64,000 nt of DNA from Albugo candida (lineage: Eukaryota): NCBI GenBank assembly GCA_040437565.1, contig JBDOQK010000017.1:310001-374000 (forward strand). The letters run 5' to 3'. This document shows positions 12,065 to 24,165 of this stretch, one piece after another. The notes under the pieces are model-generated. The model worked only from the letters and a program-made list of their open reading frames with translations, had not been told where the DNA came from and made no database searches. How positions within the stretch are numbered: the stretch's first letter is position 1; each line of letters starts with the position of its first letter. The position numbers were made by a program, and so were the translations under genes.

Positions 12065-15000
12065 CCAAACAACCGATTTTGAGTCATGATCGCCTTCGAT
12101 AATTTTCTTGTGTAATTCATTCTTGTTAGCTCGATCATAAACGGCTCTTCGTCCAGTTAGTGTATAATATTTATGAGCAAATGCTCCAATCAAAGTTTTC
12201 GATGGTATTGATTCCACGGAGGAGGCTTCGAAGCCTTCACTCAAACGCTTAATTGTCTCTACCCGACAGATAGGAAAGTCCTAATTGTTTTTCATGAAAG
12301 GCTCTATCAGTTTGTATGACGCGGATAAGAAAAAATCCAAGTAGAACTGAGGCTCTTTGAACCGATCACCTTTTCATATTGGGGAAAGCCTTTTCGATTT
12401 CTTCCAGTATCTGTCATATGTGCATCGTCAAAATGGTGCAAGGGTGAGATACGCGAACAACACACGACACGAGCTCTTTGTAGCCTTCAGAAATTAAACA
12501 CGCAAGACACGTCGTGTCTGCGACATAAACCATAGTGAAGAAAAGAGTAATCTACATCGGGAGAATCTCGGAATGTTTGAGGTACGTTAAGTAACTACAC
12601 ATCCTTGACGTAATGTAAGTTGGCCGTAATGTTTACTATAGGTCTTCTCTCCCTATCTCTAGAAATGGAAAAAACTTGGTGTCACAAGATACTCTAAAGT
12701 GAAGAGTAAGCATTAAGAAAGCAAATGAAGAAGTTACGCCGGTAAACTACGAGCGCATCTCTTGACGCAATCTCTTGCTGTACTGCTTATCATCCAGGGA
12801 TGTTTCTAACCGCGTCAACTAGAATACCTTATCCCCTATTGAGAAAAGCTTATCGAACAGGTTGTGAACACACTTCAACAATGTATTTTCACGAGCACTT
12901 ACGATTACCTTCACGTCACCCTGTACGATTTTGGTTGCAATCCACTGTTGTACTGTGTCAAGCTTCTCAAACTTGATCAGCTCGGCGGGTCTTTCGAACT
13001 ACCAATGAGACCAAATTAGTCTTTACGCCACTTGAGACCGAGTTCACTATGACGAAAGGGGTAAGAAGCTTGAATAAGGAATAAAAGCTTCAAGATTTGA
13101 TGAAACGATCACACAAAGGGATTATCCCTATTCCGACACACAAGAGAATCTCGCGTATTGTATTTCACTTTCTTCTGTATTGCATGCGACTGACACCACT
13201 GACGCATCATGAACAGTAAACATGTCAGTGTTGTGATTGTATCCAGTACTTCTACTGAAACGTCTCTAGTGCTTGGAGAAACTAACCAACTTACTATAAT
13301 GAGGGTCTGCTGTAGTCTCGTGATACACCACACAACCAGCAGCGTGATTCGTATGATCCGCTTCGCTGCGAAATGACGTCCAAGATACAAACAAAGTTTG
13401 GATATGCACCATGTTTAAGACAGCTTGCGACGAGCATGATGCGCATCTGAAGCCTTCACTTGAGATGAAGGTACAAGCTTAATCTGTATGCACAGCTGAC
13501 ATAATCTAAAATGGGCATTGGACCTCTTTATCCAGAAACGATAGAGATGCTTATACTTTAGAGACGCTGGCTAATCTGCTCGTACGAGTAAGAACGACGA
13601 CCCTGTTATATGAATGCGTTGCTTGGTATACCTTCACAAAGCCTGCATGAAATGATGCCTAAGCAGTGTATTTCTAATCCTATCGACGTATGAATGTAAC
13701 TGTGCCTCGACATTCGCAGCGGTTCAATCATATTCAATTATCAATGCAATCGGCAAACGACAATAACACGACTAAACGAATGCGTCAGATTTGCCAGCGC
13801 TCACGTTCTCCTTCTACGCTATCGAATTTATTGTGTTACAAAGAGAACTACACCCTCAGGCTACATAAATTCTCCACAAACAGCTGTTTGGCGCTTCTAC
13901 CGTGTTTCGAATTCCAAACAACTGCAAGTGAATGATATCCTTATCGTGAGTCCAAATACGACAAGTGGCTGCCCGTCATCAAGCTTATGTCGAATGAAAG
14001 CCCCGCAGTACAAAGTATGTGTAACATCAAGCCAGTCATATTTTTCAGGAATTTTAATAAAGAGACAATTCGGTTGTGGATCTTGTTGATGCATTATATA
14101 TTCGTGTGACAAAAAGTTAAGATTAGGAGCGTATTCATTCGGGTCGTAGACAGCGGGAGCTTCGTGCCTTATACAGACACGCAATATCTAAAGTAAACGA
14201 TGCATGAGGTAACAAAGATGACATAGAGGTTCATGATTGCATATCTTGACGAAGGGTACGCTACACCTCTAGAAATTTCTGACGTCCTTACATTAATTAT
14301 CAAGCATTCTCCTCATCTTAAAGCAGAAATTCTGTCATTTGCTTCATTCATCGGAGTCTCCGGCAGTGCGCAACTAGAAGCGCAATGATGCGAAGAACTC
14401 CCATGTTGTGCCGATTACAACAATGCTTATTAGGGGATCATAGTAAGGTCGTACTCGTGCGAGACCTTTTTAATTTTCTGTTGGTACGTTGTGCCACTTT
14501 TCGTTGGATTCTACACCGATAAGATGAGATCTTGATGACTGACTCATGTATATTGATCAAGGAAGCCTTCATCGCCTTCTTGAAGCACCGTGTCGTACAT
14601 TATAGGAATAACTCTCACGCGAGAAAATACGATAATGCGATGCGCTGCTTAACAGTTTCTCACGCTGACACATTTTCGAAATCTTCTCGTACGAGGCTAC
14701 CAACCCGACTTGAAGTCGACGATAAATAAGCACAAGGATACGATAATCCGCATCCATGATGAGAGTGTTTAGATAGAATGGGATCGTTGTTGTGGGTTGT
14801 ATANNNNNNNNNNNNNNNNNNNNNNNNNNNNNNNNNNNNNNNNNNNNNNNNNNNNNNNNNNNNNNNNNNNNNNNNNNNNNNNNNNNNNNNNNNNNNNNNN
14901 NNNCCACTTTTCGTTGGATTCTACACCGATAAGATGAGATCTTGATGACTGACTCATGTATATTGATCAAGGAAGCCTTCATCGCCTTCTTGAAGCACCG

Positions 15001-15470
15001 TGTCGTACATTATAGGAATAACTCTCACGCGAGAAAATACGATAATGCGATGCGCTGCTTAACAGTTTCTCACGCTGACACATTTTCGAAATCTTCTCGT
15101 ACGAGGCTACCAACCCGACTTGAAGTCGACGATAAATAAGCACAAGGATACGATAATCCGCATCCATGATGAGAGTGTTTAGATAGAATGGGATCGTTGT
15201 TGTGGGTTGTATACGTACCGACAATGTCAGAAGATGCTTTTATACACACAATCGCAATCTGGTTTGCGTGAATGTGATAAATCATCTCATAATCGATTTC
15301 CGTTGAGCTCGCAGTTTCTCTTCGCCTGCAGGAACAATTGTCAGCCGAATACACCCTTCTTGAAACTCCATGACGTGAGATATAAAAATTGACGTTCAAT
15401 ACAATCACATTTCTGTATCTGTCATTAGCTACAAGTTTTACGGCCGTAAACGCTATGCTCATTTCATTTA
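12065..15470 (-). pseudogene. Decayed effector-like gene, copy B, with CxxC modules
   Basis: Paralogous to the 1-3 kb region. The minus strand at 12483-12509 reads CLACLISEG. Fragment ORFs 13897-14184 and 13109-13390; many stops. Confidence 0.5.
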
Positions 15471-15698
15471 CTCTTACTCCAAGACATCAAATTCACGTAC
15501 GCTGTTCGACTACCAATCTGTTTGCAGTCACTAGAGACCGCATCTGTAGTACCTATTCAACAATCCCTCTCACCTTTGGAGTCGTTTATCATTTTCGAAA
15601 AAGAACGTTTATACAATGGAAAGAATTCTACAGTACGACTTATTCGAATTCGAATGTCTCCATTTTCAACAATCAACAGCCAATCAATCTTTCTCGCA

Positions 15699-16991
15699 AT
15701 GGTTCGCATCGCAATTGTCGGTTGTGCGCACGGAAAACTCGATGAAATCTACGACACAGTCACATTTATGAATGAGAGAGATCCTGTGCATCCGATACGC
15801 CTCTTACTCTGCTGTGGTGACTTTCAGAGTATGCGTAATAACTCTGATTTAGAGACAATGGCTTGTCCGCCGAAATATCGAGCTTTAAACTCTTTTCACG
15901 AATATTACGCTGGGAAGAAAATTGCGCCCGTACTGACTGTTTTTATCGGAGGAAATCATGAAGCATCCAATTACCTGATGGATCTGCGCTACGGAGGATG
16001 GGTAGCTCCTCGAATTTTCTTTCTCGGTTTCGCAGGCGTTATCCGAGTTGGTCGTGTTCGTATTGCTGGGATTTCAGGAATTTTCAAGCCTCATGCATAT
16101 CATTCGGGACATTATGAGACAATGCCTTTGAATCAAAGTACGATGAGAAGTGTGTATCACATTCGTCAGCTGGAAATCTATCGACTGTCTCTTCTCCAAC
16201 ATTTTCAAAGTGAAAAAATTGATATTTTCTTATCGCACGATTGGCCGCGTGGAATCGAGCAATACGGCGATACTGCAAAATTAATATCTAAGAAACCATT
16301 TTTCCGTAAGGAAATTCAGGCAAATACGTTGGGAAATCCAGCAACCGAATATTTACTGCACGAGCTTAAGCCGCTATATTGGTTTGCAGCTCATCTGCAC
16401 GTGAAATTTGCGGCTATTGTGCCTCAAGAGCCGGGCAATATAGAGCTGAATTCCGAGTCTAAAGAATCTGATAAACCGACTCAAAATGAAGTGAATCGAA
16501 TTCTGCCGGGGACGAAATTCCTCGCTTTAGACAAATGTCTCCCTGGACGCGATTTTCTTCAAGTTTTGGAATTCCCGGACGCTTTGAAAGAAGCTCCAGG
16601 GAATGAAGAAGACCTTATTATTGAATATGACGCAGAATGGCTTGCGATATTAAAAGCGACGTATCGCTTTGAAACTCTTTCGCAGAAAGAAATCCCTCTC
16701 CCAAATGAGAAAATATGTGTAAAGAGTGAAGATATCAATTACATTCATTCTCGAATGAAAATGTTTGTGAGTAAAAGTCCGAAGAGAGCGAATGAATGGA
16801 TTACGGATTTTGTGCAAACTGTGCCAACATACGAAGAAGAGCCGGATGTTATGAATGTACGCCAAGGAAATCCGCAGACAGATACATTATTGGCGGTTCT
16901 TGAGCTGCCTCATGTGATCACACGTCCGTTTGACAGCAATGAACCAATAAGTGACCCAAATGCCATCGCATTGGACGATGAAGAGATCTAA
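15699..16991 (+). CDS. DBR1: RNA lariat debranching enzyme
   Basis: MVRIAIVGCAHG, LLCCGDFQ, CPPKY, FIGGNHEAS, SHDWP, WFAAHLH and TKFLALDKCLPGRDFLQ motifs. Single exon, ATG at 15699. Confidence 0.97.
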   Translation: MVRIAIVGCAHGKLDEIYDTVTFMNERDPVHPIRLLLCCGDFQSMRNNSDLETMACPPKYRALNSFHEYYAGKKIAPVLTVFIGGNHEASNYLMDLRYGGWVAPRIFFLGFAGVIRVGRVRIAGISGIFKPHAYHSGHYETMPLNQSTMRSVYHIRQLEIYRLSLLQHFQSEKIDIFLSHDWPRGIEQYGDTAKLISKKPFFRKEIQANTLGNPATEYLLHELKPLYWFAAHLHVKFAAIVPQEPGNIELNSESKESDKPTQNEVNRILPGTKFLALDKCLPGRDFLQVLEFPDALKEAPGNEEDLIIEYDAEWLAILKATYRFETLSQKEIPLPNEKICVKSEDINYIHSRMKMFVSKSPKRANEWITDFVQTVPTYEEEPDVMNVRQGNPQTDTLLAVLELPHVITRPFDSNEPISDPNAIALDDEEI

Positions 16992-17155
16992 TTACAATAA
17001 GGTAATCGGATTGGGTAATAATACGAGTTGTTAGTATTATATATTAGAGGGTATCACTTAAAGTGCACTTACCGCTACTATAAATAGAAACAGGACATAT
17101 GTTGATGAGGGGTTTTGAACGCAGCGTTTCAACCAATCAGATTCTTGCCGGAAAT

Positions 17156-18009
17156 ATGAGCGTCGTGCTGCACCGAAAGCACTTTCTCGTCGATAAAAAG
17201 CCATTTTTCCAGCATTTCTATCCAAAGGATCTCGCCATAACCGCCGCACGAAGTGTAGTTATTCAAGGACTCAATGTTGTAAACGAATATATCTCAACAA
17301 TGGACCTTTCCGACCACGAAAACTCTGATGATTCAGACAAAGACGATGTGGATGAACGAACGATATTTGAGCTTCCAGCAGCCCGTGATTTCTACGTTTC
17401 CTGTACAAAACTATTTGTGAAATCGCTCAGTATCTCGACATGTTTACGCTGCGCGGAAGTCACTTGTATTCGTATCTTTTCGGTTCCAACTGTAAGCAAA
17501 TTGATCAAAGGTATTGTGCATTAGTTATGAGAGGCTGCATCTATTCGGTATCAAGTGGTTTATTAGATGTTGGACGCTCTGCGGTACGAAAATACAGTCG
17601 AACCGGAAGTCGAAGTAGTACCGCGATCTTGATGGTAAAAACCGGTATATGGGCCTCGGTATTAAGTCATATCGCTATTTTCATTGTCGAAGAGGTACTT
17701 TGTGCATTTTATCTTTTCATTTTCAGGCGTTAAATGATGTGAAATTGCACATAGGTGACACAGATTGCACAGATTCTCTATCGTCGGTATCGATTGCGAG
17801 TATTGGACTCATCTACGTCGTATTCGCCTTTGTACAAAAATCGCAATGAAATGGATTTTTTTCTTCGAATCACGTACAAAAATGCAACACGCTGTGCTCT
17901 GTCTATCGTCACAAGTGGAACTGCTGCCGCAATCGGCTCCTACCTTCGTCCCGGGAAGGGTACAGTTATAGGCGCCACCATCGGCGATTCCATCGCTTAC
18001 GCACTCTAG
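17156..18009 (+). CDS. Hypothetical protein with a C-terminal glycine-zipper-like hydrophobic tail (3 exons)
   Basis: GT-AG introns 17511-17566 and 17695-17754 join three ORF fragments in frame. Ends GTAAAIGSYLRPGKGTVIGATIGDSIAYAL. CCAAT box at ~17133. Confidence 0.75.
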
Positions 18010-18250
18010 CATCGGATATACCTTTTGTTCATAATATGACCTTGACAATACAATCCCTCCCACCTTCTATCCAATTAGTAATGCGACATGTAACTCCATA
18101 ATCATATATTTCTGGTTCACGCACCATTACTGGGTTCATTTACAAATATAACACCGTTTTCTCCAAATTTGAAACGTTCGACTTAATTCGTAAAAACGCG
18201 CTTTCTTTGCGTCACGCTTGCTCCCAAATATCACAGAACCTATTCCATTC

Positions 18251-19330
18251 ATGGCTTCTGCCGATAGCGCTCTTCTGGAGACAATTTTACTCGATGAGGC
18301 CACACCTTCTGTTCCACAATCCGAGTCCAAAGAATTGAAACATTCCGACAACATTCAACCCCAAAACAATCACTCTTCTTCATTTTCGGCGGTATTACCG
18401 CCTCTACTCGTTCCATCAAACAACACAAAACCTACGCGTGACATCGCAAATGCGCAACCACAACATATCTATACCGGGCTATTTTCACCGGAGGCCTCGC
18501 GTCACTCTTTTGAAGTAGCACATCGTCGCGCAAAAACATTGGAATCCGAAGTGCTGGAATTACTTTCCGACAAGAGTGATACATCGTCGCGTTTACATAA
18601 AACGCAAGGCAACGGGTATCGAAGTAGTGGCCATCCGGAAAAAAAACGACATACACTCTCCAATGGAAAAACCGGTAATGTGGTGAGTGATACGTTATGG
18701 ACGATTCTGTCGCGGATGAGAAGCGGCTTACAGAAGCGGGAGATTGAGTACGATTTACTGTCTGGATCATCGCCATTGTCAAGAACCGAAGACTCTGAGA
18801 CCGATGGTGACGGCTTACAATTGAGTCCTCAGCAATTCTCACAAGAAAATCGATCTTTACGATTGGAATCTGTCCGGAAACCCCGTTCAGCGCTAAAACG
18901 AGTGTCCAAGTACTCTAATAGACCGGTACCCGATGATAGTTCGCAGAAAAAAATGATCATTTCACCTGAAAGACGGATTCGATGGGATGAGACGATAGTA
19001 AAGATAGACGATGAGCAATTGGAAGTAGCGGAATCCATTCAGGCGTCGGAACAAGCGGGTAAAGAACCGTCAGACGCTTCGTTGAAGAAAACGAGAAGTG
19101 TTGCATTGGCAAAGAAACATGGGGTTATGCGTCGATTAACTCCGAGTGAAAAAGAAGAGTTGTACAAAGTCCGACCCGATTTGATGATCATTCCGAATTG
19201 GGCTCAAAAGTACAGAGAAGAAATGATGGAAACATCAACGGGAACTTGGAGTATTTGGCTCGTTTGGGCTTTGGCTCTCTTACTGGTGACCTTGATCATT
19301 CTTGTAATTTCAGTGGTACAAGAGCATTGA
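18251..19330 (+). CDS. Hypothetical tail-anchored membrane protein
   Basis: 359-aa open frame, Ser-rich and probably disordered, with a single C-terminal hydrophobic helix (IWLVWALALLLVTLIILVISVV). Confidence 0.8.
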   Translation: MASADSALLETILLDEATPSVPQSESKELKHSDNIQPQNNHSSSFSAVLPPLLVPSNNTKPTRDIANAQPQHIYTGLFSPEASRHSFEVAHRRAKTLESEVLELLSDKSDTSSRLHKTQGNGYRSSGHPEKKRHTLSNGKTGNVVSDTLWTILSRMRSGLQKREIEYDLLSGSSPLSRTEDSETDGDGLQLSPQQFSQENRSLRLESVRKPRSALKRVSKYSNRPVPDDSSQKKMIISPERRIRWDETIVKIDDEQLEVAESIQASEQAGKEPSDASLKKTRSVALAKKHGVMRRLTPSEKEELYKVRPDLMIIPNWAQKYREEMMETSTGTWSIWLVWALALLLVTLIILVISVVQEH

Positions 19331-19451
19331 TATGCAAAATGTGCAAAATGGTGCAAACAAAGCTGTTTGGAATCTGCGTTGTATACTGACATTATCTCTG
19401 GTTTCGGTACCTATGCCTGGATCACTCTCAGTCTGTAAACTCATAGAAGCC

Positions 19452-19820
19452 TCATTTCTCGGCAATGTTGTGTGTTGCGTTCCAATATTTACTTGCGTGC
19501 TTTTGTTCATCTATAATATAAATGTGTAAAGGATATAAAATAATCGCGAGTATACAATAGGAAGAAAAGCAAGGTACCAGTCGCGCCCCAAGTCGGAAGG
19601 AATCCACAAATTACAAATGTGATCCTACCGTATGATAAAAACCACAAGAATACGCACATGCTCAATCTCGATAATGAACAGCATGAAACAAATACAAGTC
19701 TCCATACCCGGCTCCATATAAGAAGGGACGAAACATTGGTCGACTGATTTCATATTTGAGAAACTCTGTAAATGGTAAACGATGCCATTTGACTGCTTTT
19801 TTCCCTTGGCTTCCTTCCAT
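19452..19820 (-). CDS. Small single-TM protein resembling mitochondrial ATP synthase 6-kDa (subunit i/j) (3 exons)
   Basis: Introns 19625-19707 and 19511-19577 give MEGSQGKKAVKWHRLPFTEFLKYEISRPMFRPFLYGAGITFVICGFLPTWGATDEQKHASKYWNATHNIAEK, resembling the plant 6-kDa pattern FFxREW...PFLxG...GLTEEDAKNSKF. Confidence 0.65.
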
Positions 19821-19986
19821 TATTTCGTAACAATGACACAAAATACCGCTAATACCGGTATTATCCACCACTACACTTACCGTAAANNNNNNNNNNNNNN
19901 NNNNNNNNNNNNNNNNNNNNNNNNNNNNNNNNNNNNNNNNNNNNNNNNNNNNNNNNNNNNNNNNNNNNNNNNNNNNNNNNNNNNNN

Positions 19987-20350
19987 CGAGTCGGAAATGG
20001 AAACAGCGCCCGTCAAAGTGAAAGAGGTGAAAAAGGTGAAAAAGGTGAAAAAGGTGAAAAAGGTGAAAAAGAGCGATACAATGGACGAAACAATCGCATC
20101 AAAAAAAAGAAAAATCGATACAAAGTCGCATTCGAGTCGAAATTCCGCGACGATCTCTGAAGGCAGTACACATTCGCTGGTGAAGCGTATTGAAGCGTAT
20201 CGAGTGAGCATCGACTCAACACCGATGCATCTGAGTACCTCACTCAATAGTTTCGAACGACTTTTAGCGCACGATTGCGCGGAACGACTTGGATTGCAGC
20301 ATCAAAGCATCGGAGAAGGTTTGGATCGTCATATAATCATCTCGAAATAG
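19987..20350 (+). CDS. R3H-domain protein; 5' end may lie in the gap
   Basis: SLNSFERLLAHDCAERLGLQHQSIGEGLDRHIIISK is an R3H motif. A 9-bp GTGAAAAAG tandem repeat encodes (VKK)n. Confidence 0.8.
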
Positions 20351-20378
20351 CGTTCTGCCATCGTATTTATCATTATCG

Positions 20379-21169
20379 CTACTTTCGTGCAGCTCTTCGA
20401 TCGGCTCGGGTAGCCGCATGGAACCCGGATCGGATCGCTGACACGGAACGGCTACTTCCACATTCCTGACAATGGACGAAATACAGACGACTTACACTAT
20501 CTCTGGTGAGTGTTGTGTTTGGTGATCGACACATTTGGCACGTGACGTATTCGGTGATATATTTTCGGAGGACGCTCTCAATGTACTTTGGGACATACCG
20601 ACCGCGAATCACAAGTCTTTGATTCCCATCGATGGAACCTTCGGTCCCCAGTTCTGTGAGCGTAAACTGAAGCACATGATCTGGATTCCGATGCATCATC
20701 TGGCAAATCTCTTGGAAATTGACCCAAAGCGTTTTTTTCGTACCGACTGCATAAAGAGTGAGGGAAATGGAAATGGAGGGAACATAATGAGGGAGAACGG
20801 ACCGCGCATTAATTGGGGTGGTTTCATAGTATGTCGTTTACGGTCGCTGAGCTCTGGGTTGTTTTCGTGTAATTTGGTCATAATTCGAGCTAAAAGTTCT
20901 TTCTCGTAAGAGTACATTGCAGGATCTTGCATCATTCCAATGCCGTCATTTGTTGGTGAGATCGTTTCGCTTGAAATCGGTTCTATGACCTAAAGAAAGC
21001 GGTGAGGTTGAATTACAATGGGAAATGTATTGACCTCTTTCTTCTTCTTTTTCTTCTTTTTCTTCGTCAAATCGAACATGGAAGCAACGTCCGTGGAAGA
21101 TGAGGGTACTGGTGGAGGGATAGACTCGTTAGTTGCGTCCATTGTGACGGAAGGAATGGGCGAGGTCAT
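20379..21169 (-). CDS. EIF2S2: Eukaryotic translation initiation factor 2 subunit beta (3 exons)
   Basis: Poly-Lys box, [34 protein letters not shown] and a C2-C2 finger (CQMC...CQEC). Introns 20990-21034 and 20747-20802. Confidence 0.95.
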
Positions 21170-21744
21170 GATGGATAATGAGGCGTTTTGGACCAAGTAG
21201 AATGAGCGCGATTGTGATTGGATGAAATGGAGTGTGATTATAGCCAATAGGCGTTAATGATGCAGTAGNNNNNNNNNNNNNNNNNNNNNNNNNNNNNNNN
21301 NNNNNNNNNNNNNNNNNNNNNNNNNNNNNNNNNNNNNNNNNNNNNNNNNNNNNNNNNNNNNNNNNNNNAGCCAATAGGCGTTAATGATGCAGTAGTAGGA
21401 GAATTGTGTCGTTAAAATGCTGTTTTACGGTAATGTGAGAGAATGCTGAGAAATTGGAAACAAACGAATAGGATTTGGTAGTGAAAGGAAGAAGTGAGAG
21501 TCTGAGCTATGAGATTCGATGGTCGGAAAGTGAAAAAAGCTGCTTCCACGTGGGAATGTTTGTAGTGAAAAGTGGCGATCTGTGAGTAGGATATATGTGG
21601 CATGCAGTTAGCACAAGTGCATGGATTGAATTCGCAGAGTGAGATCTGCGTCAAGTAGAGCAAAATGTAGCAGTTTCTATGAACGAACATTTATTGAGCA
21701 TCATATAATGCTTAAGGGCAAAACAACCACGCATCTTATTCCCT

Positions 21745-22032
21745 TCAGGAGTCGGGGGCAACCGGCTTTGTTTTGCTTGAAAAACAAAATGGGGAACAAC
21801 CTTTGCAGTTTAAATCTTGTACAATTTGCATGAATTCTGAACAAAATGGGCACTTCACTCTAAATTCTTCTTCATTTCTCACACACCAGTTTATGCACTC
21901 TTGATAACGAATAGCCTTCATCTTACATCTCGTACAATCGTTCGAGGGATAGCAAAGCTCTGAATCGGGACGGGAACCGGAGATGGCCATGAAGAAGACG
22001 ATAAAAGTACTGACAAAGTTGACATGAACCAT
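21745..22032 (-). CDS. Small secreted cysteine-rich protein (95 aa, 10 Cys); effector candidate
   Basis: Signal-like MVHVNFVSTFIVFFMAISG followed by 10 Cys in CxxC/CxxxC spacings. Confidence 0.7.
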   Translation of the reverse strand: MVHVNFVSTFIVFFMAISGSRPDSELCYPSNDCTRCKMKAIRYQECINWCVRNEEEFRVKCPFCSEFMQIVQDLNCKGCSPFCFSSKTKPVAPDS

Positions 22033-23836
22033 TGCAGACTGCTTGTATTTGGAAGATTTGAAAGTGAACGGAAATGTGAACTCAACAATCGAGCATTCTG
22101 ATTTAGTAAAGTGCTACTGACCAACCATTCAAGCTGTTCCATGTATTCACCAGACAGACTGATTATGAGAGATCGCGATTGCATCAATAGAGTCGGACTT
22201 CTGATCGAATTCCCGCCTTTCAGTACCCCTCTGACTTTTCTTCTCGCCTTTCTATTGTCACAGCAAGTGAGCCACAATTCTTCACGCGTTTATGGCTTCT
22301 TCTCTAATTGCTCACGTCCATAATTTTACTACAGTAATGTGATGTTTTTACCGCACCTTATTTGTGCGATGTAATGTAAAAGCCATCTATCCCCTATGCT
22401 AGCTTGCTCCACGACAATGATACCATGGCTTGCTATAGTGCTCGCCGAGTGCCGTACAGCAATACCGGTGTCATCACCCCCATTATACGCCGCTAATAAG
22501 TTTCTTAGCTGCGGCTGTCAACAGTTAGCAATAGCTTGATTACGCACGCATCTCACTAGATGTGTCACACATTTATTCCGATCAAATTGTCATGTGGAAA
22601 TGCTACATCCTCGAAGCACATGTGCATCATACTAATACCACTCCTACATTGACGTCGGACATAGTTTCTTAGCGCAGGTGTCCAAAACGAAGTACAATGG
22701 TGCTTACGGTCCATACGAGCCTGGAGAAGCTATTTTGACCAAATCTCACGGTGCTCTGCCGATGTATCGCAATCCGCTTGGAAGCAAAGTCGCATTAGGA
22801 ATAGTACTTTTCGTTTCTCGAAAGAAATGTATTGTCACGGAATGCTAAAGTGAGTGTATATGAACAGACAGAATGGGATTATTTCAGCCTTTAATCGAAG
22901 CCTTTTATTTATCTCAAAGTACAGAGTTTGTATTCACGCTACTCATCTCCTGCATTCAGATGCACACCTTACTTGTGCTGATCCTAATCTTTGGCTTTTT
23001 CGCTCATGCTTCTCTACATCTTTGTGTCTATTAAAGCAACCTTAAGGACATGCTTTCATTGTGAAATGCATTCCTTGTATAATATTTCAGAGTATCGGTT
23101 CACATTGTAGCATGGGATCGCGCTGATTGGATGAAATATATTAGTGTTTTTATATCGGGAGAGTGAATGTATGGGTATTACTTCCGTCGACATTGGAGCA
23201 ATCGGTATGGGTAACGCGCATCGAATACGAACATAAGAGAACTTGTCTCTAAGTTCGCTTCAATGATGGCCAAATGTTGCAGTTTTGGGAGAGGTACAGT
23301 ATCGACGATAATAAAAGACTTATCGGCTGGCCTCTTTATTTGAGCAGTACAGACGGCCTAATAGGTGAAGAAAGCGACAGGAATACGTCGAGTGTGTAAT
23401 CATATCATTACAAAAAAGGGAATACAAATGCTAAATCCAGGAAATTATCGAAAAGTACGAGGTAGAATGAGACGCAGTCATTTCTTTATATGACAAATTG
23501 TAACGGAACTCGCACGCAAAGTGCGAATTTGGCGGGTTTACAACACTTTCGAGTTGAAGGGGCTATTATTGAAAGCGAATGATTTGTGGCCGATAGTGTG
23601 AGGAAACGATGTAAGCCGCAATTCAGGGAAGAATCGAAGAAATAAGGTATAATGCACCTAGATTTAGACCAGGCACTTTGATTCACATAGAGTGAAAGAG
23701 TGTGAGTGAGGTACTAAAGTGGGATAACGCGATAGAGCCAATATAAAGAATGTGTTGATTGCGCGATTTATTCTCGAGTTGAACTGGATTCAACTACCAC
23801 CACGATCTTGTCCTAAGATAATGTCTTTAATCAACA

Positions 23837-24165
23837 CTAATGATAAGGGTCGACTGGTCCAAATGTTTCGACAACTATCGGGGCCTCTGTGAATTGATGC
23901 ATTGGAGGTGGCGATTCCAGTAGCCATTCCAAAGAGTGGACACAATCAGGAATGACCACATCGGGATCGTCGGTTGGTTTTGGAGGTTGAGCGTCGCAAA
24001 TTCCTCGAACACGCGCTGAAACAGGTCCAAACCGCGCAGCAGACGTTAAAGAGGGTGCTACATAGACGTATCCATCAGTATCCTATCTCAAATTGTCGCT
24101 TCACGCGTACCTGCATTCAAAAAACGAACGGATGATTGAAAGAGCCTTTTGTTTCTCGCCAACAT
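23837..24165 (-). CDS. cox1-c: Nucleus-encoded C-terminal fragment of cytochrome c oxidase subunit 1 (Cox1-c) with mitochondrial presequence
   Basis: Intron 24058-24110. The 91-aa product has an Arg-rich, acid-free first 39 aa and then SLEWLLESPPPMHQFTEAPIV, matching the Cox1 C-terminal LEW...SPP..H.F.E.P motif. Confidence 0.88.

Noticed and set aside
15522-15698. N-terminal extension of DBR1 in the ORF track
   Set aside because: It starts at a non-ATG codon; DBR1 homology begins at ATG 15699.
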